A stretch of 64,000 nucleotides of DNA from Candidatus Omnitrophota bacterium (GCA_043803685.1 JAZDJU010000031.1:103970-167969); one strand, 5' to 3'. Shown: positions 26,536 through 38,274, numbered from the stretch's first letter. Translations and numbers: made by a program. Notes: generated by a model from the letters alone, not told the origin.

Positions 26536-27267
26536 TTAAATATCCCTAAATGTAAAAAACGGCAATCTCACCTTACTCATACCGGGCACAACCAATGTCG
26601 TTTTTTCCATGTCTTTTAAGCTTTTTACTCCTAAATAATTCCTATGGAATAGAGCTAAATAATGACCAAAAAATCGCTGCATGCATTTTGTAATCCTTAG
26701 TATTTCTTCGAAGATTTGGTTGGAAGCTTGTTGTAAATTTTTGTTATGAAATTTTTTCATCATTGCCATTAACAGCATATGCTCACCTAGCTGATAAAAA
26801 CAGTTGCCCTGGGCCTCATTCAAGTAGATTTCAAATTCGCCATACTCCTTCAGAGAAGCTAGCTCTTCTTCAACAACGTTTGGGTCCAAGTGATAAGCGA
26901 ATTCATTTCGAATCGTTTCGATTATGTTAGAGCCCTTAAAATAAGCCTTAATTTCTTTTTCTTCTTTTATTTGGTATTTAATACCCATTTTCCTTGAATA
27001 AAACCCCGATCGGATTAACTGCCAACCCTCATACAGCAACCCCGCCAGATTGCGCATTATGAAAGTCGTCTGGATATGCCCTGCGCTCAATTTCAGCTTG
27101 CCTCTTCTAGGGCTGCGAAAAGAATACAAAAGAAGTTTTTGACTAATTCCTACATCTGTCAAAAAATTCATCGCTCTTATATAGAAAATACGTTCATCTT
27201 TCGGGCATTTGGAAAAACGCTTTTTTGAAATTTTGATTTTATATATATCAATTTTATTAGAAGCCAT
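26536..27267 (-). CDS. AT-rich hypothetical protein, possible HEPN-domain RNase
   Basis: Helical-looking sequence with RNEFAYH (Rx5H); visibly AT-rich. Confidence 0.55.
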   Translation of the reverse strand: MASNKIDIYKIKISKKRFSKCPKDERIFYIRAMNFLTDVGISQKLLLYSFRSPRRGKLKLSAGHIQTTFIMRNLAGLLYEGWQLIRSGFYSRKMGIKYQIKEEKEIKAYFKGSNIIETIRNEFAYHLDPNVVEEELASLKEYGEFEIYLNEAQGNCFYQLGEHMLLMAMMKKFHNKNLQQASNQIFEEILRITKCMQRFFGHYLALFHRNYLGVKSLKDMEKTTLVVPGMSKVRLPFFTFRDI

Positions 27268-27636
27268 TCAAAGAATTACCCCAATGTATTTTCAAATAAG
27301 AAGGAATTTCTTCTCAAAAAAAGGGCCCTATTTCAAACAGCAACCAGGACGCCATCCCGAGGAAGAGGTTAACTTACCCCCGTACAAACAACATCAAGCC
27401 CAAAATAGAAATAGCATCTAGGGATAGTGTTGGGCAAAGTATACGCCTCTTGTTAATTTCCGACTATATTTCTTCGTGGAGGCGAAAAGCGGGGTGAGAC
27501 ACGCTAAGGAGGCCGAGAGCCAGGGTTTTTCATCGAGGCCGACGCTCGCGAGTGCGGTCATGCCTCGGTGGGGCATGACAAACGTTGGCGAGACACACTT
27601 TTCGCCGAAGCGTTTTGCTTTGGGAAAACGTCTGGA

Positions 27637-29064
27637 TCAGACTTTTAGCGAAGCGTTGATGGCTTGAGCGGCTTGGCGGCCCTGGTTGATGGCCCATACG
27701 ACAAGCGAGGCGCCGCGCACCGAGTCCCCTGCCGCGAAAACGCCGGGCACCGGGGTCGCGTAGTTGCCGTTCGTCTGGATGTTGCCGCGGTTGTCGAACG
27801 GAACGCCGAGTTCTGCGAGGAACTTCGCGTGCTCGACGTGCACAAAACCCATCGCGAGAAGCACCAGATCCGCCTGCAAAACGAACGCGGAGCCGGGAAC
27901 TTCCTTCATCGCGTATTGTCCCGTCGCCTTATCCATCGTCCACTCAACGCGCATGCAATGGACTTCGTGGACCTTGCCGTCTTTCCCCTTGATCTCCTTG
28001 GTCGTGATCGACCAGTCCCGCTCGCAGCCCTCTTCATGCGAGGTCGACGTGCGGAGGATCGTGGGCCAGTTCGGCCAAACAGGATTCGACGATTCTTTCC
28101 ATTCCCGGGGTTTCGGAAGGATCTCGAATTGATAAACTTTCTTGGCGCCCTGACGGTTGGACGTGCCCACGCAGTCAGAACCCGTGTCACCGCCGCCGAT
28201 CACAAGCACGGTTTTCCCTTTAGCGGAAATAACCTCGGAGGGCTTCACTTCGCCCGAGACAGCCTTGTTCGAGAGCGTCAGGAAATCCATCGCGTAGTGC
28301 ACGCCCGAAAGTTCGCGGCCCGGAACCTTGAGGTCACGCGGCGCACCGGCGCCCATCGTAAGAAGGACAACGTCGAAATTCTTCTTCAGGTCCTTCGCGG
28401 AGATCTTCACGCCTACTTCTGTATTCACTTCAAAGCGGACGCCCTCGGCCTTCATCTGTTCGATGCGGCGGTCGAGGACCCATTTCTCAAGCTTGAAATC
28501 CGGGATCCCGAAACGCAGGAGCCCGCCGATCTTCGAGGACTTCTCAAAAAGCGTGACCGTATGCCCGGCGCGACGGAGCTGCTGGGCCGCGGCAAGTCCG
28601 GCAGGTCCAGAACCGACGACGGCAATTTTCTTCCCCGTTTCCTTCGCGGGCGGCTGGGGCTTCACCCAACCTTCGGCGAACGCCTTTTCGATAATGGAGC
28701 ATTCGAGCTGTTCGATCGTGACCGGCGCGACATTGATCGCGAGCGTGCAAGCGGCTTCGCAAGGGGCCGGGCAGATCCGTCCCGTCACTTCCGGAAGATT
28801 GTTCGTGAGCGACAAACGCTCGTAGGCGTCGTGCCACTGACCGCGGAACACGGCGTCGTTCCACTCGGGAATCAGGTTCGAAATGGGACAGCCGACCGCG
28901 TGGCAAAAAGGAATACCGCAATCCATGCAGCGGGCACCCTGTTTCTGGAGATCCTCGGCGGGAAGCGGCTGAGGGATCTCTTTATAGTCTTTCAGGCGCT
29001 CGGCGACGGGCCGCTTCGTTGAAAGGGTGCGATTGAACTCTAAAAAGCCGTCTGGTTTTCCCAT
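27637..29064 (-). CDS. gltD: Glutamate synthase small subunit
   Basis: MGKPDGF, RCMDCGIPFC, GRICPAPCE, GSGPAG, GGGDTG. Confidence 0.97.
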   Translation of the reverse strand: MGKPDGFLEFNRTLSTKRPVAERLKDYKEIPQPLPAEDLQKQGARCMDCGIPFCHAVGCPISNLIPEWNDAVFRGQWHDAYERLSLTNNLPEVTGRICPAPCEAACTLAINVAPVTIEQLECSIIEKAFAEGWVKPQPPAKETGKKIAVVGSGPAGLAAAQQLRRAGHTVTLFEKSSKIGGLLRFGIPDFKLEKWVLDRRIEQMKAEGVRFEVNTEVGVKISAKDLKKNFDVVLLTMGAGAPRDLKVPGRELSGVHYAMDFLTLSNKAVSGEVKPSEVISAKGKTVLVIGGGDTGSDCVGTSNRQGAKKVYQFEILPKPREWKESSNPVWPNWPTILRTSTSHEEGCERDWSITTKEIKGKDGKVHEVHCMRVEWTMDKATGQYAMKEVPGSAFVLQADLVLLAMGFVHVEHAKFLAELGVPFDNRGNIQTNGNYATPVPGVFAAGDSVRGASLVVWAINQGRQAAQAINASLKV

Positions 29065-29141
29065 ATCAGTGCCGTTCTCCATCTGATTTTAGGGGTCAAC
29101 GGTACAAGACCGCAACCCTTTCAAATCAATAAAATGCGGTA

Positions 29142-32100
29142 TTAGTTAAAGACCTCTTCTGTCATTTCTACGGATTCTGAATTTTTCATCTGGCGTTCTT
29201 TCATCTTGGCCAAGGCCTTCTTGTAGTCCATCGGCATGACCTTCACGAAACGCGGGAGCATCTCTTCCCAACTCGCGAGGATCGTCTTGGCCTGCTGACT
29301 GCCCGTGAACTTCACGTGGCGCTCGATCGCGGTCTTGAGGAATTCCCGGTCGGACTTCTCCGTCACGGGCTCGAGGTCCACCATCTCGAGGTTACAACGC
29401 GTATCAAAAAGTTCATTCTCGTCAAGCACATAGGCGATCCAGCCGCTCATGCCCGCTGCAAAATTCACGCCGGTCTGGCCCAGGATCACCACGCGGCCTC
29501 CGGTCATGTATTCGCAGCCGTGGTCCCCCACGCCTTCGACCACCGCGATCGCGCCACTGTTACGGACGCAGAACCTCACGCCCGCGCGGCCGTGGATGTA
29601 AGCCTCGCCACTTGTGGCGCCAAACAGGTTCACGTTCCCGGTGATGATGTTGTCCTGCGGACGGAATGTTGCGGCCTTGGGCGGATACACGATCAACCGT
29701 CCTCCCGAAAGCCCCTTCCCGAAATAGTCGTTCGCATCGCCTTCGAGTTCGAAGGTCACGCCACGTGCGAGAAATGCGCCGAAACTCTGACCGGCCGATC
29801 CCTCGAACTTGATCTTGATCGTGTCTTCCGCAAGACCTTTCTGGCCGTAGCGTCTCGAGATCTCGTAGCTTAAGGTCGTCCCGACCGTGCGGTTGCAGTT
29901 CTTGATCTTCTGCGTGATCACCACAGGTTTCTGGGATTCGAGCGCGGGCTGGGCCTTCTTGATGAGCTCCTCATCGAGCGAAAGTGAAAAATCGTGGACC
30001 TGCTTCGTCACGCAACGGATCGATCCGCCGCGAGGCGCTTCGATCACGGCGAGGACTTTCGAGAAATCGAGGCCCTGCGCCTTGTAATGGTCGACCGCTT
30101 CGAGAACCTCGAGCTTGTCCACACGCCCGACCATCTCCTCGAACTTTTTGAAACCGAGCTCCGCCATGAGTTCGCGCACTTCCTGCGCGATGAACTTCAT
30201 GAAATTCATGATGTGTTCCGGTTTCCCTGTAAAACGTTTGCGGAGTTCCGGGTTCTGCGTCGCGATGCCCACGGGACAGGTGTTCAGATGGCACTTGCGC
30301 ATGATAATGCAGCCCATCGTCACGAGACTCGTCGTCCCGAAACCGAATTCCTCGGCGCCGAGCAGCGCGCCGATCACCACGTCGCGGCCGGTCTTGATCT
30401 GGCCGTCCACCTGGACGCGGATCCGGTCGCGGAGCTTGTTCATGACGAGCACCTGCTGGGTCTCGGCGAGGCCGATCTCCCACGGGGACCCCGCATACTT
30501 GATCGAAGAAAGAGGTGACGCGCCCGTGCCGCCATCGTGGCCGCTGATCAGGACCATATCGGCCTTCCCTTTGGCAACACCTGCGGCGACCGTGCCGACG
30601 CCCACTTCCGAGACAAGTTTCACGGAAATGCGCGCTTCGGGGTTCGAGTTCTTGAGATCGAAGATGAGCTGAGCCAAGTCTTCGATCGAATAAATGTCGT
30701 GGTGCGGCGGCGGCGAAATAAGCATGACACCCGCCGTGGAGTGACGCACGCGCGCGATCTGCTCGTCCACTTTATGACCGGGAAGCTGTCCGCCTTCGCC
30801 CGGTTTTGCGCCCTGCGCCATCTTGATCTGAAGTTCGGAGGAATTGGCGAGGTAATGACTCGTCACACCGAAACGCCCTGAAGCGACCTGCTTCACGGAA
30901 CTCTTGCTGGAATCTCCGTTCGGAAGCGGTTGGTAACGGGCCGCATCCTCGCCGCCTTCGCCAGAGTTACTGCCGGCACCGAGACGGTTCATGGCAATCG
31001 CCATCGTCTCGTGGGCTTCCTTACTGATCGAACCGAAGGACATGGCGGAAGTGACGAACCGCTTGACGATGCTGTCCACCGATTCTACTTCTTCAATGGG
31101 AATGGACGGCCCTTTCTTCATCTTGAAAAGGCCACGGAGCGTGCACAGGTTCTTGCTGATGTCGTTCACTTCGGAGGAATACTTCTTGAAAACGCTGTAA
31201 TCCCCTTCCCGGACCGACTTCTGGAGATTGATGACAGCTTGGGGCGAGAAAAGGTGCTTCTCGGAATTCACGCGGTAGTAATAATTGCCGCCAGAATCCA
31301 GATCCTCAACACTCGCCTGAGATTCCTGAAAGGCCGCCTTGAAGCGTTCGAGCGTTTCCCGCTCAACCACTTCGATCCCGATGCCGCGAATGCGCGAGGA
31401 CGTTCCCGTAAAATAGGCTTCGAGGAACTCGTCGTTCAATCCCACGGCCTCGAAAATTTGAGCGCCGCGGTAACTGCGGATCGTGGAAATGCCCATCTTG
31501 GACATGACCTTGAGAAGTCCTTTTTTGATCGCGGCGATGTAATTCTCGACCGCGGCTTCGAGCGTCATCGAGGCGGGTAAATGCCCGCGACGCTTGAGGT
31601 CGGTCAGGCTTTCGAAAACAAGATACGGATTGATGGCGTCCACGCCGTAACCCACGAGACACGCGAAATGCTGCACTTCACGCGCTTCGCCGGTCTCGAG
31701 AACAATGCCTCCCAAGTGGCGTTTCCCTTTCCGGATCAGATATTGATGGACCGCGGAACCGGCCAAGAGCGCCGGGATCGGGGCTTTTCCCGGACCGGCA
31801 TCCCGGTCACTCAGGATCACGAGCGAATTGCCTTCATCGAGTTTCTGTTCCACAAGCGAGCAGAGCGCATCCACCGCTTTGGCGAGACTGCCCGCGGCGC
31901 CCGTAGCGTCAAAAAGCATCGGGACGGTGCAGACACGGAAGGTGGCCAAGGTTGAGGTTTTCAAACGATCAATGTCATCGTTCGTGAGGACCGGGTGCGA
32001 GAGCTTGAGCTGATGGCAATGTTTCGGCGTCTCGTCCAGGAGATTCCCCTGGCGGCCCACGAAACTCATGAGCGACATCACAAGGTTCTCGCGATACGGA

Positions 32101-33665
32101 TCGATCGGAGGGTTCGTGACCTGCGCGAAAAGTTGTCTAAAATAATTGTAAAGAAGCTGGGAGCGCTTTGAAAGGATCGCGAGCGCGGCGTCGTTCCCCA
32201 TCGACCCGATCGGTTCCTGGGCGTTCTCGGCCATCGGAAGCAGGATCAGTTTCTCATCCTCGAGCGTGTAGCCGAACATGCGCTGACGGAGCGCGAGCGT
32301 TTTCTCGTCCACTTCCACCGGCCCCGGCACCTGTAACAATCCTTTAAGTTCGATGCGGTTCTCTTCAAGCCATCGGCGGTACGGCTTGCTCCGGGCGATC
32401 CCGGACTTGATCTCGTGATCTTTCATCACGCGCTTCGTCGCCGTGTCCACCAAAAGAATTTTACCAGGCGTGAGCATCCCTTTTTCCTGGACGTCCGAAG
32501 GATCGATCTCAACCACACCGGCTTCCGAGGCCAATACCAGGATCCCGCTTTTCGTGATGGTGTATCGCGCGGGACGAAGACCGTTCCGGTCGAGGATCGC
32601 GCCGACCTTCGTTCCGTCCGTGAACGCGACAGCGGCAGGACCGTCCCACGGTTCCATGATCGCGGAATGATATTCAAAGAAAGCGCGCTTGGCTTCGCTG
32701 ATATGGTATTTCACGCCGAACGCTTCGGGGACCATCATCATGATCGCGTGTTCCATTGAGCGACCGCCCAACGTCAGAAGCTCAAAGGCATTATCAAAGA
32801 TGCCGGAGTCGCTCAAATCAGGATTGATGACTGGCAGAAGTTTCTTGATCTCGGGACCGAAGAGGTCGGTGGAAAGTCTTCCTTCGCGGGCGGCCATCTT
32901 GTTGATGTTGCCGCGCAGAGTATTGATCTCGCCGTTGTGCGCCACAAAATGGAACGGATGCGCCAGGGCCCAGGATGGGAACGTGTTCGTCGAGTAGCGC
33001 TGGTGCACGACGGCGATGGCGCTGACGAGGTCTTCGTCCATCAGGTCGGTGAAGAAATGATCGAACTGGGGCGCCGCGAACATGCCTTTATAGACCATCG
33101 TACGCGTGGAAAGGGACGGAATATAGAAATCCTCGATCGCCCATCCGAGTTTCGCGGCTTCGTTCTCAAGGACTTTCCGGAGGATATAAAGACGGCGTTC
33201 CAGGGCCAACCCTTCGAGTCCGTCATAAGAAACAAAGACCTGCCAGATGGACGGCATCACGTCCCGCGCCATTTCACCGAGACAATCGGGCGCGATCGGC
33301 ACTTCACGCCATCCAAGGATCTTGCCGCCTTCCTTGGCGGTCTGTTCGGCGATCATCTTCCGGGCACGTTCGGCATCCTTCGCCACTTTCGGGAGAAAGA
33401 GCATCCCCGCGCCATACTTTCCTTCCGCCGGCAGCTGGAATTTCAGGACCTTCGCAAAGAACTTGTGCGGTAGTTGAAGCAGCATCCCGGCGCCGTCACC
33501 CGTCTTCAGGTCGCCCCCCACCGCGCCGCGATGAACAAGGTTCTTCAGGATCTGGACGCCATCACGGACGATCTGGTGGGTCCGGGTTCCGTCGATCTTG
33601 ACAATAAAGCCGACGCCGCACGCGTCATGTTCCATGCTAGGGTGATAGAGGCCTTGGGCTTTCAT
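29142..33665 (-). CDS. gltB: Glutamate synthase large subunit
   Basis: EHDA-CGVGF amidotransferase start, QGAKPGEGG, CHLNTCPVG, GXGXG C-terminal domain. Confidence 0.98.
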   Translation of the reverse strand: MKAQGLYHPSMEHDACGVGFIVKIDGTRTHQIVRDGVQILKNLVHRGAVGGDLKTGDGAGMLLQLPHKFFAKVLKFQLPAEGKYGAGMLFLPKVAKDAERARKMIAEQTAKEGGKILGWREVPIAPDCLGEMARDVMPSIWQVFVSYDGLEGLALERRLYILRKVLENEAAKLGWAIEDFYIPSLSTRTMVYKGMFAAPQFDHFFTDLMDEDLVSAIAVVHQRYSTNTFPSWALAHPFHFVAHNGEINTLRGNINKMAAREGRLSTDLFGPEIKKLLPVINPDLSDSGIFDNAFELLTLGGRSMEHAIMMMVPEAFGVKYHISEAKRAFFEYHSAIMEPWDGPAAVAFTDGTKVGAILDRNGLRPARYTITKSGILVLASEAGVVEIDPSDVQEKGMLTPGKILLVDTATKRVMKDHEIKSGIARSKPYRRWLEENRIELKGLLQVPGPVEVDEKTLALRQRMFGYTLEDEKLILLPMAENAQEPIGSMGNDAALAILSKRSQLLYNYFRQLFAQVTNPPIDPYRENLVMSLMSFVGRQGNLLDETPKHCHQLKLSHPVLTNDDIDRLKTSTLATFRVCTVPMLFDATGAAGSLAKAVDALCSLVEQKLDEGNSLVILSDRDAGPGKAPIPALLAGSAVHQYLIRKGKRHLGGIVLETGEAREVQHFACLVGYGVDAINPYLVFESLTDLKRRGHLPASMTLEAAVENYIAAIKKGLLKVMSKMGISTIRSYRGAQIFEAVGLNDEFLEAYFTGTSSRIRGIGIEVVERETLERFKAAFQESQASVEDLDSGGNYYYRVNSEKHLFSPQAVINLQKSVREGDYSVFKKYSSEVNDISKNLCTLRGLFKMKKGPSIPIEEVESVDSIVKRFVTSAMSFGSISKEAHETMAIAMNRLGAGSNSGEGGEDAARYQPLPNGDSSKSSVKQVASGRFGVTSHYLANSSELQIKMAQGAKPGEGGQLPGHKVDEQIARVRHSTAGVMLISPPPHHDIYSIEDLAQLIFDLKNSNPEARISVKLVSEVGVGTVAAGVAKGKADMVLISGHDGGTGASPLSSIKYAGSPWEIGLAETQQVLVMNKLRDRIRVQVDGQIKTGRDVVIGALLGAEEFGFGTTSLVTMGCIIMRKCHLNTCPVGIATQNPELRKRFTGKPEHIMNFMKFIAQEVRELMAELGFKKFEEMVGRVDKLEVLEAVDHYKAQGLDFSKVLAVIEAPRGGSIRCVTKQVHDFSLSLDEELIKKAQPALESQKPVVITQKIKNCNRTVGTTLSYEISRRYGQKGLAEDTIKIKFEGSAGQSFGAFLARGVTFELEGDANDYFGKGLSGGRLIVYPPKAATFRPQDNIITGNVNLFGATSGEAYIHGRAGVRFCVRNSGAIAVVEGVGDHGCEYMTGGRVVILGQTGVNFAAGMSGWIAYVLDENELFDTRCNLEMVDLEPVTEKSDREFLKTAIERHVKFTGSQQAKTILASWEEMLPRFVKVMPMDYKKALAKMKERQMKNSESVEMTEEVFN

Positions 33666-33677
33666 GATGATTCCTTT

Positions 33678-36600
33678 TTAGGCTTTGGCGTTATGATAAC
33701 TTTGGATCGACCGGACGTCGAGCTCGTCGTCACGAACGGCTTGAAGACCGCGGACCGCCGCGCGCGCGGCGCTCAAGGTCGTAATGCAGGGAATATTGAA
33801 GGACACCGCGAGCGACCGGATCTTGCCTTCGTCCAGCATCGGCCCTTTGCCGACCGGCGTGTTGATAATAAGGTCCATTTTCTTTTCCTTGATCCAGTGC
33901 GAAAGGTTCGGGCTCCCCTCGGCCATTTTGAGGACTTCCTCCGCGGGCACGCCCGCTTCCTTGAGGACCTTCGCCGTTCCCTTGGTCGAAACGATCTTGA
34001 GGCCCAGCTTGTGGAACTCCCGGGCGATCTCGGCGATCTTGGGTTTGTCCGTGTCCTTCACGCTGATAAAGACCGTTCCCTTGCGCGGGATATGCGACAT
34101 CGCCGCGTCCTGGGATTTATAGAAGGCTTTCCCGAAATCCTTGTCGATCCCCATGACCTCTCCGGTCGATTTCATTTCCGGGGAAAGGATGATATCCACC
34201 CCCGGGAACTTCACGAACGGGAACACGGATTCCTTCACGGCCACGTGCTTGGGGATGATCTCTTCGGTGAATTTCAATTCCTTGAGCGTTTTCCCGAGCA
34301 TCAGCTGCGCGGCAAGTTTCGCGAGCGGCACACCGATCGTCTTGCTTACGAAGGGCACTGTCCGGGAAGCGCGCGGATTCACTTCAAGGCAATAGACCTG
34401 GTCTTTCTGGATCGCGTACTGCACGTTCATGAGCCCGACCACGCCGAGCTCCTTGGCGATCTGTTTCGTCTTGTGGACAATTTCTTCCACGATCTCACGC
34501 GAGATCGAGAACGGCGGAATGACGGACGCGCTGTCCCCCGAATGGATACCAGCTTCTTCAATGTGCTCCATCACGGAGCCCACGACCGCGATCTTGCCGT
34601 CCGAAATGAGGTCGACGTCCACTTCCGTCGCGTCCTCCAGAAACTTATCGATCAGGATCGCCTGGTCATCGCTCGCCTCGACCGCCTGCTTCATATATTT
34701 CTTGAGCGAGGTCTGGTCGTACACGATCTCCATCGCGCGGCCACCCAAGACATACGACGGGCGGATCACGACGGGATAGCCGATCTCTTTGGCGATCTGA
34801 TGGGCTTCTTCAAGGCTTTTCGCGATCCCGTTGGCGGGTTGGCGCAGGCCGATCTTCTTCAACAGTTTCTTGAACCGGTCGCGGTCTTCGGCGCGATCGA
34901 TCGCGTCGACCGAGGTCCCGAGGATCTTCACGCCATTGGCGAGAAGCGACTTCGCGAGATTGAGCGGCGTCTGTCCGCCGAGCTGAAGGATCACGCCGAC
35001 CGGTTTCTCGTTCTCATAGATATTGAGAACGTCTTCGAGCGTCAAAGGCTCAAAGAAAAGTTTGTCAGAGGTGTCGTAGTCCGTGCTCACGGTCTCGGGA
35101 TTGGAATTGACCATGATCGTTTCATAGCCCATTTTCTTGAGGGCCATGACGGCGTGCACGCAGCAATAATCGAATTCGATCCCCTGCCCGATGCGGTTCG
35201 GCCCGCCGCCCAGGATCATGACCTTCTTCTTGCGGCTGGGGTTCGCTTCATCCTCATCTTCATAAGTCGAATAAAAGTAAGGCGTGTAGGCCTTGAATTC
35301 CGCGGCGCAGGTGTCCACCAACTTATAGACCGGCTTGATCCCGAGATTCTTGCGTTTCTTGCGAACGTCTTTTTCCTGAAGCCCCCAGTAGAACGCAAGC
35401 TGGCGATCGGAGAACCCGTACTGCTTGGCTTGACGCATCAGCGCGTCCTGCTGTTTCGATCTCCCCTGCGCGGCCAGGAGTTCCTTTTCGAGGTCAATGA
35501 TCTGCTTGAGCTGTTCCAGGAACCACGGATCGACCCCTGTCTTTTTATAGATCTCCTCGGTGGTGTAGCCGGCGAGGTACGCGTATTTCAAATAGAAGAT
35601 CCGGTCCTCGCGCGGAACCTTGGCATAAGCGAAGATCTTTTCGCGGAGTTCCTTATCGTTTGGAACGGTCTTGATGAAGTTCACGTAAGCGTCGCGGGTC
35701 TTGAGCACGAGGTCAAAGATCTTGTCCTTGCCGTCGCCGCCGAACCCAAAGCGTTTTGTCTCAAGCGAGCGCAGGCCTTTCTGGAACGATTCCTTGAACG
35801 TGCGGCCGATGGACATCACTTCGCCCACGGATTTCATTTGGGTCGTCAGACGATCATCCACGCCCTCGAATTTTTCGAAGGCAAAGCGCGGGATCTTCAC
35901 AACGCAATAGTCGATCGAAGGTTCGAACGAGGCCGGTGTGTACTTCGTAATGTCATTGGGGATCTCATCGAGCGTCAGCCCGACGGCGAGCTTGGCCGCG
36001 AACTTGGCGATCGGAAATCCCGTGGCTTTGGAAGCGAGTGCTGACGAACGGGACACGCGAGGGTTCATTTCGATAATGACCATACGGCCCGTCTTGGGGT
36101 CGACCGCGAACTGAACGTTGGAACCTCCGGTCTCGATCCCGATCTCGGACATGACTTTGCGGGCGGCATCGCGCATGCGCTGATACTCCCGGTCCGTCAG
36201 GGTCTGCGCCGGCGCCACCGTGATGGAGTCGCCCGTGTGGACGCCCATCGGATCAAGATTCTCGATCGAGCAGATGACCACGAAATTGTCGTTCTTGTCG
36301 CGCATCACCTCGAGCTCGTATTCTTTCCAGCCCACGATCGATTCCTCGATCAGGATCTCGTGCACGCGGCTGTAATCAAGTCCGGTGCGCGCGGTGGCGC
36401 GGAGTTCTTCAAGATTATGGCAAACGCCGCTTCCGGAACCCCCGAGCGTGAAACTCGCGCGGACGATCACCGGATAACCGATCTTTTCAGCGACCTTTTC
36501 GGCTTCTTCCAGGGAATACGCGAAATCGCTTTTCGGAAGATCCAGACCGATCTTCTGCATCGCGCGCTTGAACTCCTCGCGGTTCTCGGCCTTCTTGATC

Positions 36601-36965
36601 GCCTCATACTTCGCGCCGATCATCTCGACATTGTGGCGCTGGAAAACGCCCGCTTCATAAGCCTCGACCGCGAGGTTCAGCCCCGTCTGGCCGCCCATGG
36701 TCGGCAGGACCGCGTCGGGTTTCTCTTTGATGATGACCTTCTCAAGAAATTCCACCGTGAGCGGTTCAATGTAGGTCGCATCCGCGAGATCGGGATCGGT
36801 CATGATGGTCGCGGGATTTGAATTGATGAGCGCGACCTTGTAGCCTTCTTCCTTCAGGGCCTTCACCGCTTGCGCGCCCGAATAATCGAATTCACAGGCC
36901 TGGCCGATGATGATAGGCCCCGAGCCGATGATCAGGATCTTTTTGATGTCAGTTCGTTTAGGCAT
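33678..36965 (-). CDS. carB: Carbamoyl-phosphate synthase large subunit
   Basis: [30 protein letters not shown]; duplicated ATP-grasp domains; MGS domain. Confidence 0.98.
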   Translation of the reverse strand: MPKRTDIKKILIIGSGPIIIGQACEFDYSGAQAVKALKEEGYKVALINSNPATIMTDPDLADATYIEPLTVEFLEKVIIKEKPDAVLPTMGGQTGLNLAVEAYEAGVFQRHNVEMIGAKYEAIKKAENREEFKRAMQKIGLDLPKSDFAYSLEEAEKVAEKIGYPVIVRASFTLGGSGSGVCHNLEELRATARTGLDYSRVHEILIEESIVGWKEYELEVMRDKNDNFVVICSIENLDPMGVHTGDSITVAPAQTLTDREYQRMRDAARKVMSEIGIETGGSNVQFAVDPKTGRMVIIEMNPRVSRSSALASKATGFPIAKFAAKLAVGLTLDEIPNDITKYTPASFEPSIDYCVVKIPRFAFEKFEGVDDRLTTQMKSVGEVMSIGRTFKESFQKGLRSLETKRFGFGGDGKDKIFDLVLKTRDAYVNFIKTVPNDKELREKIFAYAKVPREDRIFYLKYAYLAGYTTEEIYKKTGVDPWFLEQLKQIIDLEKELLAAQGRSKQQDALMRQAKQYGFSDRQLAFYWGLQEKDVRKKRKNLGIKPVYKLVDTCAAEFKAYTPYFYSTYEDEDEANPSRKKKVMILGGGPNRIGQGIEFDYCCVHAVMALKKMGYETIMVNSNPETVSTDYDTSDKLFFEPLTLEDVLNIYENEKPVGVILQLGGQTPLNLAKSLLANGVKILGTSVDAIDRAEDRDRFKKLLKKIGLRQPANGIAKSLEEAHQIAKEIGYPVVIRPSYVLGGRAMEIVYDQTSLKKYMKQAVEASDDQAILIDKFLEDATEVDVDLISDGKIAVVGSVMEHIEEAGIHSGDSASVIPPFSISREIVEEIVHKTKQIAKELGVVGLMNVQYAIQKDQVYCLEVNPRASRTVPFVSKTIGVPLAKLAAQLMLGKTLKELKFTEEIIPKHVAVKESVFPFVKFPGVDIILSPEMKSTGEVMGIDKDFGKAFYKSQDAAMSHIPRKGTVFISVKDTDKPKIAEIAREFHKLGLKIVSTKGTAKVLKEAGVPAEEVLKMAEGSPNLSHWIKEKKMDLIINTPVGKGPMLDEGKIRSLAVSFNIPCITTLSAARAAVRGLQAVRDDELDVRSIQSYHNAKA

Positions 36966-38085
36966 CTTTTTGGTTCTTTTCTATGAGATCGTAGAATCGA
37001 GTGAAGAGATAATCGCTATCGTGCGGCCCGGGAGCGTTCTCGGGATGGTACTGGACGCTGAAGAGCGGGTATTTCTTGTGCTGCAACCCTTCCATCGTCT
37101 TGTCGTTCAAATTGATATGGGTGACCTCGACCTCCCCTTTCGGAAGCGTGTCGATATTCACCACGAAGTTATGGTTCTGGGAAGTGATCTCGATCTTCCG
37201 CGTTTTGAGGTCCATGACCGGCTGGTTGTTGCCGTGGTGCCCGAACTTGAGTTTCGAGGTCTTGCCCCCAAGCGCCTGCCCGATCATCTGATGCCCGAGG
37301 CAGATCCCGAACATCGGCTTTTTCCCGATGAGTTTTCGAACCGTCTCGACCAGATACTTCACCGCGGAAGGATCTCCGGGACCATTCGCGAGAAAGACTC
37401 CGTCCGGCTGGTACGCCAGGATCTCTTCAGCGGTCGCGGTCGCGGGAACGACCTGGACATGAAAACCATGCTGATTGAGCTTCCGGAGGATGTTCCATTT
37501 CGTGCCGCTATCCACAGCCACGACCTTGAACTTTTTCTTCTTCGAGTCCCCCCAGGCGAACTCCGCGGGCATGACCTCTTCAAACACATAAGGTTTCTGG
37601 CACGTCACTTCCTTCACCAGATCCACGCCTTCGATGCCCGGGGACTTTTTGGCCTTCTGAACCAGTTTTTTAGGATCAAGTTCGATGGTGGAAATGACCG
37701 CCTTCTTCGCGCCGACGGTCCGGAGGTGCTTCACGAGCTTGCGGGTGTCGATCCCCTGGATGCCGAGGATATTGTATTGCTTGAGGTATTGATCGAGCGT
37801 CATCTCGGAGCGGTAATTGCTCACCACCGGACTGAGTTCTTTAATGATAAAACCTTCGACCCAGGGCCGGGAAGATTCCACGTCGGCGGTGTTGATGCCG
37901 TAGTTGCCGATCAGAGGATAGGTCATGCAGACCATCTGTCCTTTATAGGAAGGATCGGTCAGGATCTCTTGATAGCCCGAGAGGCCGGTATTAAAAACGA
38001 CTTCCCCAAAGGTCTCGCCATCGGCGCCAAAACCTTCGCCTTCAAACCACACACCATCCTCGAGCGCTAGTATCGCTTTCTTCAT
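36958..38085 (-). CDS. carA: Carbamoyl-phosphate synthase small subunit
   Basis: GEVVFNT, NGPGDP, GICLGHQ, QYHPE. Confidence 0.98.
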   Translation of the reverse strand: MKKAILALEDGVWFEGEGFGADGETFGEVVFNTGLSGYQEILTDPSYKGQMVCMTYPLIGNYGINTADVESSRPWVEGFIIKELSPVVSNYRSEMTLDQYLKQYNILGIQGIDTRKLVKHLRTVGAKKAVISTIELDPKKLVQKAKKSPGIEGVDLVKEVTCQKPYVFEEVMPAEFAWGDSKKKKFKVVAVDSGTKWNILRKLNQHGFHVQVVPATATAEEILAYQPDGVFLANGPGDPSAVKYLVETVRKLIGKKPMFGICLGHQMIGQALGGKTSKLKFGHHGNNQPVMDLKTRKIEITSQNHNFVVNIDTLPKGEVEVTHINLNDKTMEGLQHKKYPLFSVQYHPENAPGPHDSDYLFTRFYDLIEKNQKDA

Positions 38086-38274
38086 GGTTTTACCTGGGGG
38101 TAAGTGAATCCGTGGGCTTCCGAACCTGTCAGAACGCCTTCAAATTGGCGCATAGAATACTTCAGGTTGGCCTAACTGTCCAGAGGTGGATGAACGAAAA
38201 ATCTGACATGAAAACAGGCGACTTCTTCATTCCAGACCCGGTCTGGAATGAGGTGGGGTCCTTTCCCCGCCTCT

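Noticed and set aside
21600..27600. Classical integron attC array
   Set aside because: No paired RYYYAAC/GTTRRRY boxes and no intI; reported instead as a different repeat system.
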